Shown here piece after piece: positions 9,301 to 17,615 of a stretch of DNA of 64,000 nt (position 1 is the first letter of the stretch; each line of letters starts with the position of its first letter). This stretch comes from Gemmatimonadota bacterium. Lineage in GTDB: Bacteria > Gemmatimonadota > Gemmatimonadetes > Palauibacterales > Palauibacteraceae. The notes beneath the pieces were generated by a model. That model was not told the DNA's origin and searched no databases. It was given only the letters and a program-made list of their open reading frames with translations. The stretch is from the NCBI GenBank assembly GCA_963666735.1, contig OY762926.1, forward strand, positions 2,208,001-2,272,000, written 5' to 3'. A program made the position numbers and the translations under genes.

Positions 9301-10656
9301 ATCGAGGCGCTGCGCGCGGCCGGCCTCTACGCCTCCTCGCTGGCCTGGGCCGGGCTCGGCTCCCTCGAGGTCTGGGCCGAATGGACGCACGAACAGGATC
9401 CGGAGTCCCGCCGGACCGCCCGTCTCGCGGCGAACGGGACACCCGCCACGCTCCCCGACTGGCGCACCCTGCTGCCGACAGGCTGGAGCTACGGGGGCGA
9501 ACGCCTCGTCCAGTGGGAGACGCCCATCCCGCCCCCGGAAGGCCACGGGATCCTGGCCAGGATGGCGGAGGCCTTCGAGGAAGCGACGATGTACAAGGCG
9601 GGCGAGTCCTATCTGGGCAGGGACATCTGGGCGGCGGACCTCATGCCCCCGATCGCGGCCTCGCACTGGTCGCGCGTGAAGGCGACGACGTTCAAGCCCA
9701 CGGTCATCTATTCCGCGCGGCAGCACGCGAACGAGGTCTCCTCGACGAGCCACGTCCTGCGGCACACGGAACTCCTGCTGACGGATCCCGCGCAGCGGGC
9801 GAAGCTCGACGACGTGAACGTCATCATCCATCCGTTCACGAACCCGGACGGCGCCCAGCTCGCCTACGACCTGTACCGGATCACGCCGGACTTCATCCTG
9901 CACGCCGGCTACCTGGGTTCTCTGGGCATCGACGCGACCACGGGCTCGCGGGACGACCACCCCATCTACCCGGAGGCGCCCGTCCGAAACCGGCTGTGGG
10001 GCCGCTGGCTGCCCGACGTCTTCCTGAATCCGCACGGGTACCCCTCCCACCAGGTCGTGCAGCTGTTCAGCGAATACTCGGGTCTCGTGCGGCGGGGACG
10101 CGTGACGGAGCGCAACTGGGGGCTCAACAAGGGCTGGTTCATGCCGGGGTTCGGGTACGTCGACAGTCCCGACCATCCCCGGCACCGGGATGCGGCGTTC
10201 GAGATCCGCGACTACATCACGCGCGGGATCAATTCCGACCGCGATGTGTTCGAGATGAACCAGCGCAACTACGAACGCTACCGGCGCTACGGAGCCGAGT
10301 ACGACCCGGACGTGTTCCGGCTGCCGATGACGGACAGCGTGCTCATCCAGATGCCGCTCAAGGGATCGAGCGGCGAATCCCGGTTCGGGTTCGATTCCGC
10401 GATCACGATCTGGTCCGGCACCACCGAGGCCCCGGACGAGACCGCCTACGGACCCTGGATGGAACTCGTGGCGAAGGCGGGGCTCTCGTGGGACCAGGCG
10501 CTGCTCGACTACCTGTACGAGGGAGAGCACGAGGTGAAACGCTCCGGCTCCTCCTTCTTCGGCGGCGTGTCGCTGCGCATGAACCGTCCCCGGCCGCCCG
10601 AGGATGAGGAGGAGTCGGAGGACGAGGCCGTCACGGCGGACGGCGGAGGCTCGTAA
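6361..10656 (+). CDS. Large secreted M14-family zinc carboxypeptidase
   Basis: Signal peptide; C-terminal RQHANE (HxxE), NPDG and NPHG motifs; ATGA overlap with the upstream gene. Confidence 0.85.
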   Translation: MMKPRTRPLAVALTLAVAVAAPPASRPLAAQQPSDLSTLFELGTLVLDTNGDSVPDLVNAALVLGDDPSSAVLAAGAEVAARLGFETMAMDLPLSRNPEDGRIGIVVGRSGLAVAGLRGPGVDPASLDSGEGAVAVREEDGRTWVLVVGGDDEGLQAAARLFAGVLPHTRTLSTARLSRVRDDLAETLEAGGVADAAVRLTQARVRAGQAGVGRVIAEIEVDEAQLGTAAELLRGLATGDEAPDPGEPEETGDEGGDESAEAETSRARLAYPGLESVEARLAGGPAIRIAGRATPDAPGPIAGRPGSGGKNDMDLSNLYTSDGLLGGGVLPNRVDAMLASGDGGIGGLPDLAGRLGLESTGITVPLVEPASAIERAAARPTLVLAGVDNALTRQLADSAKIDPGSLAPGEGLIQVVPAAFGSKPALVVSGADAAGAERALDQLALTFPHLAERGDDRPTVDDVERGLWDALSGHSPVGQAAIGLYKLGRIADGLADRRIARADVLFSVEKADPGLQAYVRARAAEALGLAGAAQVGVTIDERDVRRAATIFADTLALPSEVDRFRELLRAHVLPAATSASATDPIRIEARLSEPPEIRRQLEREARDALIDAGAPADAVEVRIISAFKQGYSWLEEVILPQLAGRDATEIGEIVIRFRRNDPPEEWPQQAIHTPVRWLHEIFPIDEIFARELGLELERIRFEQTTEGPTYAVHVTDSSGAEILAGDFEPRWVLRPYFDRFQDYEHVRVTTGWIRAGAGDRVLVDERIVTDPEAFWDHYQSVVLPAIYDYVMDRHDGIPDGGNADAPYFGELTVELEMSEPNYRLEIDNEIHAPMDALHEEIYFGTIEFFDVLDRNSRGQGLTFPGRILPIMRPRGDGRPAKLRVSFTGFATSRPAVSVAFEDAAGAADTMRLDIPKTGLERPSAKLAVVRAGEPGIAHLGLRVRVDTDADMRDSLLNYAPPRQVDRSMVSAEQVEATLREIEALRAAGLYASSLAWAGLGSLEVWAEWTHEQDPESRRTARLAANGTPATLPDWRTLLPTGWSYGGERLVQWETPIPPPEGHGILARMAEAFEEATMYKAGESYLGRDIWAADLMPPIAASHWSRVKATTFKPTVIYSARQHANEVSSTSHVLRHTELLLTDPAQRAKLDDVNVIIHPFTNPDGAQLAYDLYRITPDFILHAGYLGSLGIDATTGSRDDHPIYPEAPVRNRLWGRWLPDVFLNPHGYPSHQVVQLFSEYSGLVRRGRVTERNWGLNKGWFMPGFGYVDSPDHPRHRDAAFEIRDYITRGINSDRDVFEMNQRNYERYRRYGAEYDPDVFRLPMTDSVLIQMPLKGSSGESRFGFDSAITIWSGTTEAPDETAYGPWMELVAKAGLSWDQALLDYLYEGEHEVKRSGSSFFGGVSLRMNRPRPPEDEEESEDEAVTADGGGS

Positions 10657-10770
10657 GGGCGCATACTTGCTCGTCCCCGGCTTCGGAATTCAGTTGGGGG
10701 CGTTCCCGGACCCGTTCAACGCAGGGGAGTCCCGATGCACATGTCGAGGCACATAGCGAGGCGCAAAGCG

Positions 10771-11247
10771 ATGCACATCTCGAACCACGTTCAGCACGCT
10801 GTCCCATGGCGAGGGACCCGCCGGTCGGTCTGGATGGCGGCGGTCGCGCTCATCCTCGGCGCCTCGAGCCTCGCGGCCCAGGAGGAGGGCGGCGATGCCG
10901 GGGAGGCCGAGGAGGCCACGGCCGCGGCCAACACCACCCAGGGCGTGTTCAGCGAGGAGCAGGCCACTCGCGGCGAGGATGTATTCTACAACATCTGCGC
11001 CGAGTGCCACTTCGAGGAGGACTTCGGGGGACCGTTCATCCAGTCCTGGGCGGGCGCCTCGGTGAAGGACCTCGTGGACGAGATCGTCGCCACGATGCCG
11101 GAGGACAATCCGGGCGGGATGCCCACCGAGCAGTATCTGGACGTGGTGACGTACATGTTCAAGATCAACGGCATGCCCACGGGCGAGGACGAACTTGCCA
11201 CGGACGCCATGGACGCGGTGGAGATCGCAGTCGACCTCGACCCCTGA
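10771..11247 (+). CDS. Periplasmic monoheme cytochrome c
   Basis: Signal peptide, GVFSEEQATRG, CAECH heme motif, TMP axial Met; start could be 10735. Confidence 0.88.
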   Translation: MHISNHVQHAVPWRGTRRSVWMAAVALILGASSLAAQEEGGDAGEAEEATAAANTTQGVFSEEQATRGEDVFYNICAECHFEEDFGGPFIQSWAGASVKDLVDEIVATMPEDNPGGMPTEQYLDVVTYMFKINGMPTGEDELATDAMDAVEIAVDLDP

Positions 11248-11251
11248 CGCC

Positions 11252-11767
11252 GTGCCGTACACGACGCGCGATTCCCTCTCCGGGGTCCGCGCCGGCATCC
11301 GCCGCTGCCTCGAACGAGCCGACGACGTCGACCGGCTGGCCGTCTCCGCGCCCGAGGTCTCGGCGTGGAGCGTGCAGGACCACCTGGAGCACCTGCTCTT
11401 CTCCGACCGGAGCGTGCTGGGCTGGGTCCTGAAGACGCTGGCCCGGCCGAACCCGGAAACGAGGGAACAGTTCCCCCATGAGATCGGAGTGAGCCTCCTG
11501 GCGCGCGGTTCGATCCCGCGCGGCCGCGGACCCGCCCCGGACTTCACGCTACCGAACGGTCTGGCACCCGCCGATGTCCGGGCAGGGTTCGAGGCGTTGC
11601 GTGCGCTGGCGGCGGGTCTCCGGACGCAACTGGCGGAACTGGACGCGTGCCGGCACACGCTCCCGCACCACGTCCTGGGGCACTTCACCCCGGCCGAGTG
11701 GCTACGCTTCCTCCACCTCCACCACCGCCATCACGACGCGATCATCCGCGACATCCTGGCCGCCTGA
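11252..11767 (+). CDS. DinB-family protein
   Basis: WSVQDHLEHL, H..LG.F...EWLRFLHLHHRHH metal-binding His pattern. Confidence 0.8.
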   Translation: MPYTTRDSLSGVRAGIRRCLERADDVDRLAVSAPEVSAWSVQDHLEHLLFSDRSVLGWVLKTLARPNPETREQFPHEIGVSLLARGSIPRGRGPAPDFTLPNGLAPADVRAGFEALRALAAGLRTQLAELDACRHTLPHHVLGHFTPAEWLRFLHLHHRHHDAIIRDILAA

Positions 11768-11782
11768 CCGAGCGCTTGTCGG

Positions 11783-13555
11783 CTACGCCGCGGCCCTACC
11801 CGCGCGGACCCGGCGGATTGCGGCGGCGCCCTCGAGGAGGAGCCAGATCTCGAGGATGAAGATCGCGGCGCCGATCACGAGCAGCATCCACTGGTTCGTG
11901 CCGAAGAAGCGGTCGAGGTTGATGACCATGGCCCAGGTCGTCATCAGGAGCAGGAAGCCCATCGGGATCATCGTCACCCAGAAGGGGCGCCCCTTCCGCA
12001 TCAGGTAGAGCGACACGATCAGCAGGGTGAGACCCGCCAGGAGCTGGTTCGTGGTCCCGAACAGCGGCCAGATCATCATGCCCCCGGCGCCGCGGTCCGC
12101 CGAGAGCGCCAGAATCGCACAGCTGACGACGGCGATCGCGGTCGCGACCCACCGGTTCTGGATCGCCTTCACGTTGTACTCGGCGCCGAGTTCGCTGATG
12201 ATGTAGCGCTGAAGCCGGATCGCCGTGTCGAGGGTCGTCGCCGCGAAGCTGATCACGACGACCGAAGCGAAGATCACGGCTATGCTCTCCGGGATCCCGA
12301 TCCCGCCCGCGAGCACGCCCACGCCGTTGACGAAGGCGGTCGTGGCGCCGGCCGTCGCCGCCTCGAAGCTCCCGTAGTGTTCCTGCCACCGGACGAGCCC
12401 CTGCGTCGCCCCCACATCCCGGCTGAGGTAGATCGCGAAGCCCGCCGTACACGCGATGATCGACGTGACGGCGAGCGTTCCCTCCCCGATCGCGCCGCCA
12501 TAGCCCACGTAGCGGGCGTCCGTCTCCTTCGCGAGCTGTTTCGATGAGGTGCCGGATCCCACCAGGCCGTGGAAGCCGCTGATCGCGCCGCAGGCGATCG
12601 TGATGAAGAGGAGCGGCAGCCAGCCCGGAGTGTCCGCGGGAAGGCTGGTGTTGACCGTCGGCGCCACGACCTCCGGGTTCACCACGATCACGCCGAGGCT
12701 GATGATCCCGAGCGCGACGAAGAGTTGGTGTCCGTTCACGTAGTCGCGGGGCTGGAGGAGCAGCCACACGGGCAGCACGGAGGCGACGAACGTGTAGGCG
12801 AAGAGGATGGCGATCCATCCCACGCGCCGCCCGTCCGCTGTCGCCGCCTCCCCGGCGGCCGCCGCATCCCCTCCCGACGCGGCCATTTGCGCCTCGGTCG
12901 GACTGAACCCGATGAAGTCCGGCAGGGTGAACGGCATGTCCTGCCCGAACCAGATGAGCACGTACAGCGTCGCCAGCGCCCCGAGCGACGGGATGAGGAT
13001 GCCCGTCCCCGTGCGGTAGATGAGGAACCCGACGATGAGCGCGATGACGAGCGAGCCCCACACCGGCACCACGGCGCCCGGGTTCGCCATGAACAGGTTG
13101 GCGATGATGACGGCGAACACGGCGTTCACCATGAGGAGCAGGAAGAAGATGATGAGGAGGAAGAGGACCCGGGCGCGCTTGCCGAGGATCGACTCGGTCA
13201 GCGTCCCGATCGACCGCCCCTTGTGGCGGCTCGAGATCCACAGGGCGGCGAAGTCGTGCACCGCTCCCGCGAACACCGTCCCGAGCACGACCCACAGGAA
13301 GGCCGGCAGCCAGCCCCAGATGACGGCGATCGCCGGCCCCACGATCGGCGCCGCCCCCGCCACCGACGTGAAGTGGTGGCCGAAGAGCACGTGCTTGTTC
13401 GTCGGCACGTAGTCGACGCCGTCCTTGAACTCGTGCGCGGGCGTGACGAAGTCGGGGTCGAGCTTGAAGACCTTGCCCGCGATGAAGCGCGAGTAGATGA
13501 GGACTCCCGTGAGGAAGGCCGACAGACCAATCACCAGCAGGACGATCGCGCTCAT
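11783..13555 (-). CDS. cstA: Carbon starvation protein A family transporter
   Basis: TPAH..DGVDYVPT, LFGHHFTSVAGAAPIVGP, ITIACGAISGFH, TTLDT..RL.RY and WPLFG..NQLLA; GGAGG RBS. Confidence 0.95.
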   Translation of the reverse strand: MSAIVLLVIGLSAFLTGVLIYSRFIAGKVFKLDPDFVTPAHEFKDGVDYVPTNKHVLFGHHFTSVAGAAPIVGPAIAVIWGWLPAFLWVVLGTVFAGAVHDFAALWISSRHKGRSIGTLTESILGKRARVLFLLIIFFLLLMVNAVFAVIIANLFMANPGAVVPVWGSLVIALIVGFLIYRTGTGILIPSLGALATLYVLIWFGQDMPFTLPDFIGFSPTEAQMAASGGDAAAAGEAATADGRRVGWIAILFAYTFVASVLPVWLLLQPRDYVNGHQLFVALGIISLGVIVVNPEVVAPTVNTSLPADTPGWLPLLFITIACGAISGFHGLVGSGTSSKQLAKETDARYVGYGGAIGEGTLAVTSIIACTAGFAIYLSRDVGATQGLVRWQEHYGSFEAATAGATTAFVNGVGVLAGGIGIPESIAVIFASVVVISFAATTLDTAIRLQRYIISELGAEYNVKAIQNRWVATAIAVVSCAILALSADRGAGGMMIWPLFGTTNQLLAGLTLLIVSLYLMRKGRPFWVTMIPMGFLLLMTTWAMVINLDRFFGTNQWMLLVIGAAIFILEIWLLLEGAAAIRRVRAGRAAA

Positions 13556-14592
13556 CGGACAACCTCCTCCGCAGTTTCGATTACGGGAACCCGCCTGAGT
13601 GCGTCCACCCCCACCGGATCGGCGTCCTGGAGGTCGACGCGGAGGACAGGCCAATCTCCGAAGGACTGTGAGATCCTCGCAAGATAGGCGGTCTGGCGTT
13701 CGCGCCTGGCGGCGAACAACGGGTCCTCTCCCGCCCCGCCGCCGCGCTCCGGGAGCACCAGGTTCACGACGATGGCTCCGACCGGGACACCGTGCCTGGA
13801 AAGGGCTTCGACGGCCTTCTCCGTCTCCCAGATCGGCAGCCGCTCGGGGATCAGGACGAAGACGAACGCCGTCCGCCCGGAATCGGTAAGGATCCGCCGC
13901 GCCTCCTGGAAGCGGTCGCGCCGTTCCTCGAGCGCCCGCAGGAGGGGGTCATGTTCGAGATCGGCCGCCTCGGACCCCGCCACGTTCTTCCACATCTGTG
14001 AGAGGGCTCCGACCTTCTTCCGCCGCTTGATGAGTCCGCCGATCCACGTCGTCATCAACTCCGGCAGGGAGAGCAGCCGCAGCGTCTGGCCGGTGGGCGC
14101 CGTGTCGAACACGATCCGGTCGTAGTCCTCCCCCTCCTCTTCGAGGATCCGCGTGAAGCGGTCGAAGAGGGCGGACTCCGCCGCCCCGGGAGAGACGCGC
14201 GCGATGTCGATCTGCCGGTAGACCTCGCCCAGGAGCCGCGGAGGCGCGGCCGACTCCACGCGCGACTTCACGGCCTCGATGTAGCGGTCCGCTTCCCGCT
14301 CCGGATCGACCTCCATGGCCCAGCAACCCGCGGCCACCTGCCGCGGCCGGTCCCCCAGCTCCGCCTGGAGCACGTCTCCGGTGGAGTGCGCCGGATCCGT
14401 GGACACGAGGAGCGTCCGGCGCCCCCGCGCGGCCATGTCGAGCGCGGCCACGGCGGCCATGGTCGTCTTCCCCACCCCGCCCTTGCCGCCGAAGAAGAGG
14501 ACCGGCCGGTCGGGGAACGGAAGCCGGGACTCCGGCCGGGATCCGGATCGGCGCGAGGGCTCGGAGGGGCCCGGCGTTCCGTCGCTCAGCAA
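13552..14592 (-). CDS. Single-domain ArsA/GET3 (TRC40)-family ATPase
   Basis: FFGGKGGVGKTT, STDPAHS, FDTAPTGQT, PERLP..ET; probable TTG start at 14592 overlapping the CC-stop of the upstream gene. Confidence 0.9.
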   Translation of the reverse strand: MLSDGTPGPSEPSRRSGSRPESRLPFPDRPVLFFGGKGGVGKTTMAAVAALDMAARGRRTLLVSTDPAHSTGDVLQAELGDRPRQVAAGCWAMEVDPEREADRYIEAVKSRVESAAPPRLLGEVYRQIDIARVSPGAAESALFDRFTRILEEEGEDYDRIVFDTAPTGQTLRLLSLPELMTTWIGGLIKRRKKVGALSQMWKNVAGSEAADLEHDPLLRALEERRDRFQEARRILTDSGRTAFVFVLIPERLPIWETEKAVEALSRHGVPVGAIVVNLVLPERGGGAGEDPLFAARRERQTAYLARISQSFGDWPVLRVDLQDADPVGVDALRRVPVIETAEEVVR

Positions 14593-14870
14593 CAGCGGAA
14601 GCCGCCCTCGGGCGGGTGCTCCATCCCGACCCGGACGTGCCACTCGTGAAACTCGTCGATGAGCGACGGATAGAGTTCGAGCATGTAGAACTGGACCGGG
14701 TTCGGGACGCCGAGGAGGTCCGAGAACCCCATCAGCATGAACGCGTCGTGCTGCCGCAGGTACTCGCGGTGGATCGTCGCCCGGTAGGGGGCGATGTACA
14801 GCCCCTCGTAGATGTCGCGCGCCTCCCGCAGCCAGCGGCGCCATCGAGGCGCCGGCGTCGTCACAACCAT
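14586..14870 (-). CDS. Small protein ending Cys-Cys-TGA (cory-CC-star-like, CstA/ArsA-associated)
   Basis: PYR......D.FML..FSDLLGVPNP...Y.LELYP....FHEWH...GM...P..GFRCC* and its position in the cstA/ArsA operon. Confidence 0.85.
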   Translation of the reverse strand: MVVTTPAPRWRRWLREARDIYEGLYIAPYRATIHREYLRQHDAFMLMGFSDLLGVPNPVQFYMLELYPSLIDEFHEWHVRVGMEHPPEGGFRCC

Positions 14871-14954
14871 GCGAGCGTCCTTTGATCCAGGTGCCGTTTT
14901 GAGTCGCAAAACGGAAGAAGCGATTCCGAAATCGCGCGCACGGCATCGCTCACG

Positions 14955-16220
14955 TCACGGTCCGAGCGCACCGATCGGAATCACAGCGACGCCGTCCTTG
15001 CGGGCGTACCCGTACCCGTTCCCGACGATGACGCCGAGCGCGGCCGGTTCCCCGCAGCGTTCCGTGTCGACCCTGTCCGCGAACTTGAGCAGGCTGCGCG
15101 CGGCGTCGTCGATCCGGCCCGTCCCCAGCTTGATCTCAAACGCGGCCCACCGATCCGGCCCGGCATCCACGATCGCATCGACTTCAAGCCCTGTATTGTC
15201 GCGGTAGTGGTACACATCGGCGTCCATGGCCTGCGCATAAACCCGGAGATCCCGCACGACCATCGATTCGAACAGGAACCCGAACCACTCGAAGTCACGA
15301 AGGAGGTGCTGCGGGCCGGCCCGCAACGCGGCGACCGCGAGGGAAGGGTCCACGAAATGCCGCTTGTGTGAACGGCGCAAGCGTGACCTCGACCGCAGCC
15401 GGGGGGACCAGGGCGGCTGGTCCTCCACGACCATGAGGCGCTCCAGAGCGGTGAGATAGCTACGGGCAGTGCGCTTCGTCATCGCGTCATCGGGGTCCGC
15501 GACATCGCGCCTGATGGTGGAGACCGTCGCGCAGGTGGCGACGTTGCGAGCCAGCGATTGAAGGAAACGGCGAATCCTGCCGGGATCCCTACGGACACCA
15601 TCCACACGTCGCAAATCGGTTCGGCAGATGTTCTCCAGGTAGTCTCGGCAGGCGGTCAGCGCCTGCCCTTCCGGAAAGCGCCGATGCTCCGGCCACCCGC
15701 CGACGCAGACCAGTCCGGCAAGCCGGGCGGCGGACAACTCCACTTCCGGGTTTCGGGCGGGCACGCCGTTGAGCAAAGCCCGGAGCGACACTCCACCCGT
15801 CGAATGGCCGAGTTCGAACAGGGACATGGTTCGAAGGCGAAGACGGCTTATGCGCCCGGCCCCGGTGTGCCGGGTTACGTCGTCGGGCGGGACCGCCGAC
15901 CCGGTGAGAATGAAGTGTCCTCTCCCGGCGCGTTCATCGATGGTGTGGCGAACGTGGTTCCAGATCGCGGGCTCGACCTGCCACTCGTCGATCAGGCGAG
16001 GGGTCTTCCCTTCCAGGACCAGACGCGGGTCGACGGCGATCATGCTCCGAGCCTGTTTGTCCCTGTCGAGGAACACCGCACTGGCGGCCACGCGGCGTGC
16101 CAACTCCGTTTTGCCGCAGGCTCGGGGGCCCTCGACCAGAACGCCGCCGGACCAGGATAGGCGCTCCTTGAGTTCCTGGTCGGCCACGCGGGGAACGTAG
16201 GTGCCGATGTCGACCTCCAT
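14955..16220 (-). CDS. AAA_14 ATPase with C-terminal DUF4143 / PD-(D/E)xK-like domain
   Basis: GPRACGKT, LIDEWQ, FILTGSA, K.HFVDPSLA, GFLFES, YRD..GLEVD, FEIKLG. Confidence 0.92.
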   Translation of the reverse strand: MEVDIGTYVPRVADQELKERLSWSGGVLVEGPRACGKTELARRVAASAVFLDRDKQARSMIAVDPRLVLEGKTPRLIDEWQVEPAIWNHVRHTIDERAGRGHFILTGSAVPPDDVTRHTGAGRISRLRLRTMSLFELGHSTGGVSLRALLNGVPARNPEVELSAARLAGLVCVGGWPEHRRFPEGQALTACRDYLENICRTDLRRVDGVRRDPGRIRRFLQSLARNVATCATVSTIRRDVADPDDAMTKRTARSYLTALERLMVVEDQPPWSPRLRSRSRLRRSHKRHFVDPSLAVAALRAGPQHLLRDFEWFGFLFESMVVRDLRVYAQAMDADVYHYRDNTGLEVDAIVDAGPDRWAAFEIKLGTGRIDDAARSLLKFADRVDTERCGEPAALGVIVGNGYGYARKDGVAVIPIGALGP

Positions 16221-16290
16221 GGGTTCGTAGCGGTCGCGTGATGGAACCGGAAAACGGGTCGCGATCATCAAACCATAGCTCTCCGTAAGC

Positions 16291-16406
16291 CCCTTTTACA
16301 ATATTTCTAAGGCCCGTTTTGCAATTTCGCCAGTGGGCTATTCCGCAATTCTACTGGGGACCGTTTTGCAATTTTTCTAGGGACTGGTTCGCAAATTCCG
16401 CCCCGA
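16291..16406. repeat. Five degenerate 23-24 bp direct repeats (consensus about CYgTTYYGCAATTyyyCTRGGGA)
   Basis: CAA cores at 16299, 16322, 16346, 16369 and 16392 (spacing 23/24/23/23); CCGTTTTGCAATTT is identical in copies 2 and 4; AT-rich island. Confidence 0.8.
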
Positions 16407-17615
16407 AAGCCGGCCCGCGCTCAGCCGTCGTCGCCGATTCGCCCGCTGGCGCTGCTCCCAGGCGCGGACGCGGGGGATCGCGGCGTCGAAGATGCGCTCG
16501 TAGTTGAGCCGCTCGACCTGGGCTCGTACGTCGGGGTCGAGCCGTTCCCACAGCGGGTCGTACACCGTGTAGTTGGCGACGTAGCCCTCCCAGTCGGCGG
16601 GGGCCACGGCGTCGGTGCCGAACAGGAAGCGCGTCGGGTGACGTTCGATGAGCGTGGCCCACGCTTCGAGGGTCGCGTCGTCGTTCACGACGTACTTGGC
16701 CACCTCGTCCCACGAGATGTCGAGCGCCACGTGGTCATGGCGCGGGTCCGAGAGCATGCGGTCGAGCCAGGCGACGTGTCCTTCCCCCGGGGCCACGAAA
16801 CGTCCCAGGCCGGTGTGGGCCCAGATGATCGTCGTCTCCGCGTGGCGGGCGAACAGGTTCAGCAGTTCGTCCGCGTGATGCGGCGGGTCGCTCGGGCGGA
16901 CATGGTCGATGTCGTTGTGGAAGATGACGACGAGGCCGATCTCCGCCGCCGTGGCCAGGATCCGGTCCAGGGCGGGATTGCGCAGGCTCGCCGCGTGCCC
17001 GGACACCTTGGATGACACGAACTCCTTGTGGATGCTGAACTCGCCGATGCCGGCGAACACGCCGGGGAAGGTGAGCAGAACGCGCTCGATGTGGTCGGAG
17101 GCGTACATGTCCGCCGGGTTGAAGCCGGTGATCATGGGGTCGACGCGGCGGCGATCCTCCTCGGGCAGCGACAGGTACTCCCGCGCGATCACGGCGTCCA
17201 CGAACGAGTAGTAGTACAGGTCGGCGTTCGTGTCTAGGTAGTAATCGGGCGCGTGGTCGCCCGACAGGAAGTAGTCCCACTTCTGCTGCAGCGGGATCCC
17301 GAACATGGCCACGCGCCCCACCCGCCCGTCCATCATGTCGAGGAACTCCCGCGCCGTCGGGCCGCGCTGGATGTAGTTCAGGAGATGGAAGTGCGAATCG
17401 TTGAACCGCGCGTTGTCCGACCCCGATTCGACGGCAATCTCAGGCGGGGACGCCGCCGTTTCGGCAGAAGCTGGCGCCGCGCCGGCGATGGATGCGTCCG
17501 TGGCTGGATGCTCGATCGACGGCATCCCGCCCGGACGCGGCCCCGCCGCGCAGGCGCTGAGCAGGACGACCGCCGCGAGCCCTCCCGCCGACCGAACCCC
17601 CCGCCGCCCCCTCAC
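16377..17615 (-). CDS. Amidohydrolase-family (TIM barrel) lipoprotein
   Basis: Lipobox LSAC; DSHFH (HxH), GIGEF, FHND, WAHTG, DISW and FGTD; GTGA overlap with the upstream ggt-like stop. Confidence 0.85.
   Translation of the reverse strand: MRGRRGVRSAGGLAAVVLLSACAAGPRPGGMPSIEHPATDASIAGAAPASAETAASPPEIAVESGSDNARFNDSHFHLLNYIQRGPTAREFLDMMDGRVGRVAMFGIPLQQKWDYFLSGDHAPDYYLDTNADLYYYSFVDAVIAREYLSLPEEDRRRVDPMITGFNPADMYASDHIERVLLTFPGVFAGIGEFSIHKEFVSSKVSGHAASLRNPALDRILATAAEIGLVVIFHNDIDHVRPSDPPHHADELLNLFARHAETTIIWAHTGLGRFVAPGEGHVAWLDRMLSDPRHDHVALDISWDEVAKYVVNDDATLEAWATLIERHPTRFLFGTDAVAPADWEGYVANYTVYDPLWERLDPDVRAQVERLNYERIFDAAIPRVRAWEQRQRANRRRRLSAGRLSGRNLRTSP

Noticed and set aside
6241..10530. 1429-aa antisense ORF and many other long overlapping ORFs (e.g. 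26824-30606, 24266-26650, 20807-23458)
   Set aside because: Shadow ORFs typical of high-GC DNA: Arg/Pro/Gly-rich or mirror-frame translations with no motifs, opposite well-supported genes.
13552..14592. Arsenic-resistance operon
   Set aside because: No arsR/B/C/D or acr3 nearby; single-domain ATPase in a cstA context.
14540..14594. Possible selenocysteine readthrough at the Cys-Cys-TGA
   Set aside because: No recognisable SECIS hairpin by eye, and the TGA is explained by overlap with the ATPase start; bSECISearch would be needed to exclude it fully.
16291..16406. CRISPR array interpretation of the 23-bp repeats
   Set aside because: Units are contiguous and degenerate with no unique spacers, and there are no cas genes in the window.
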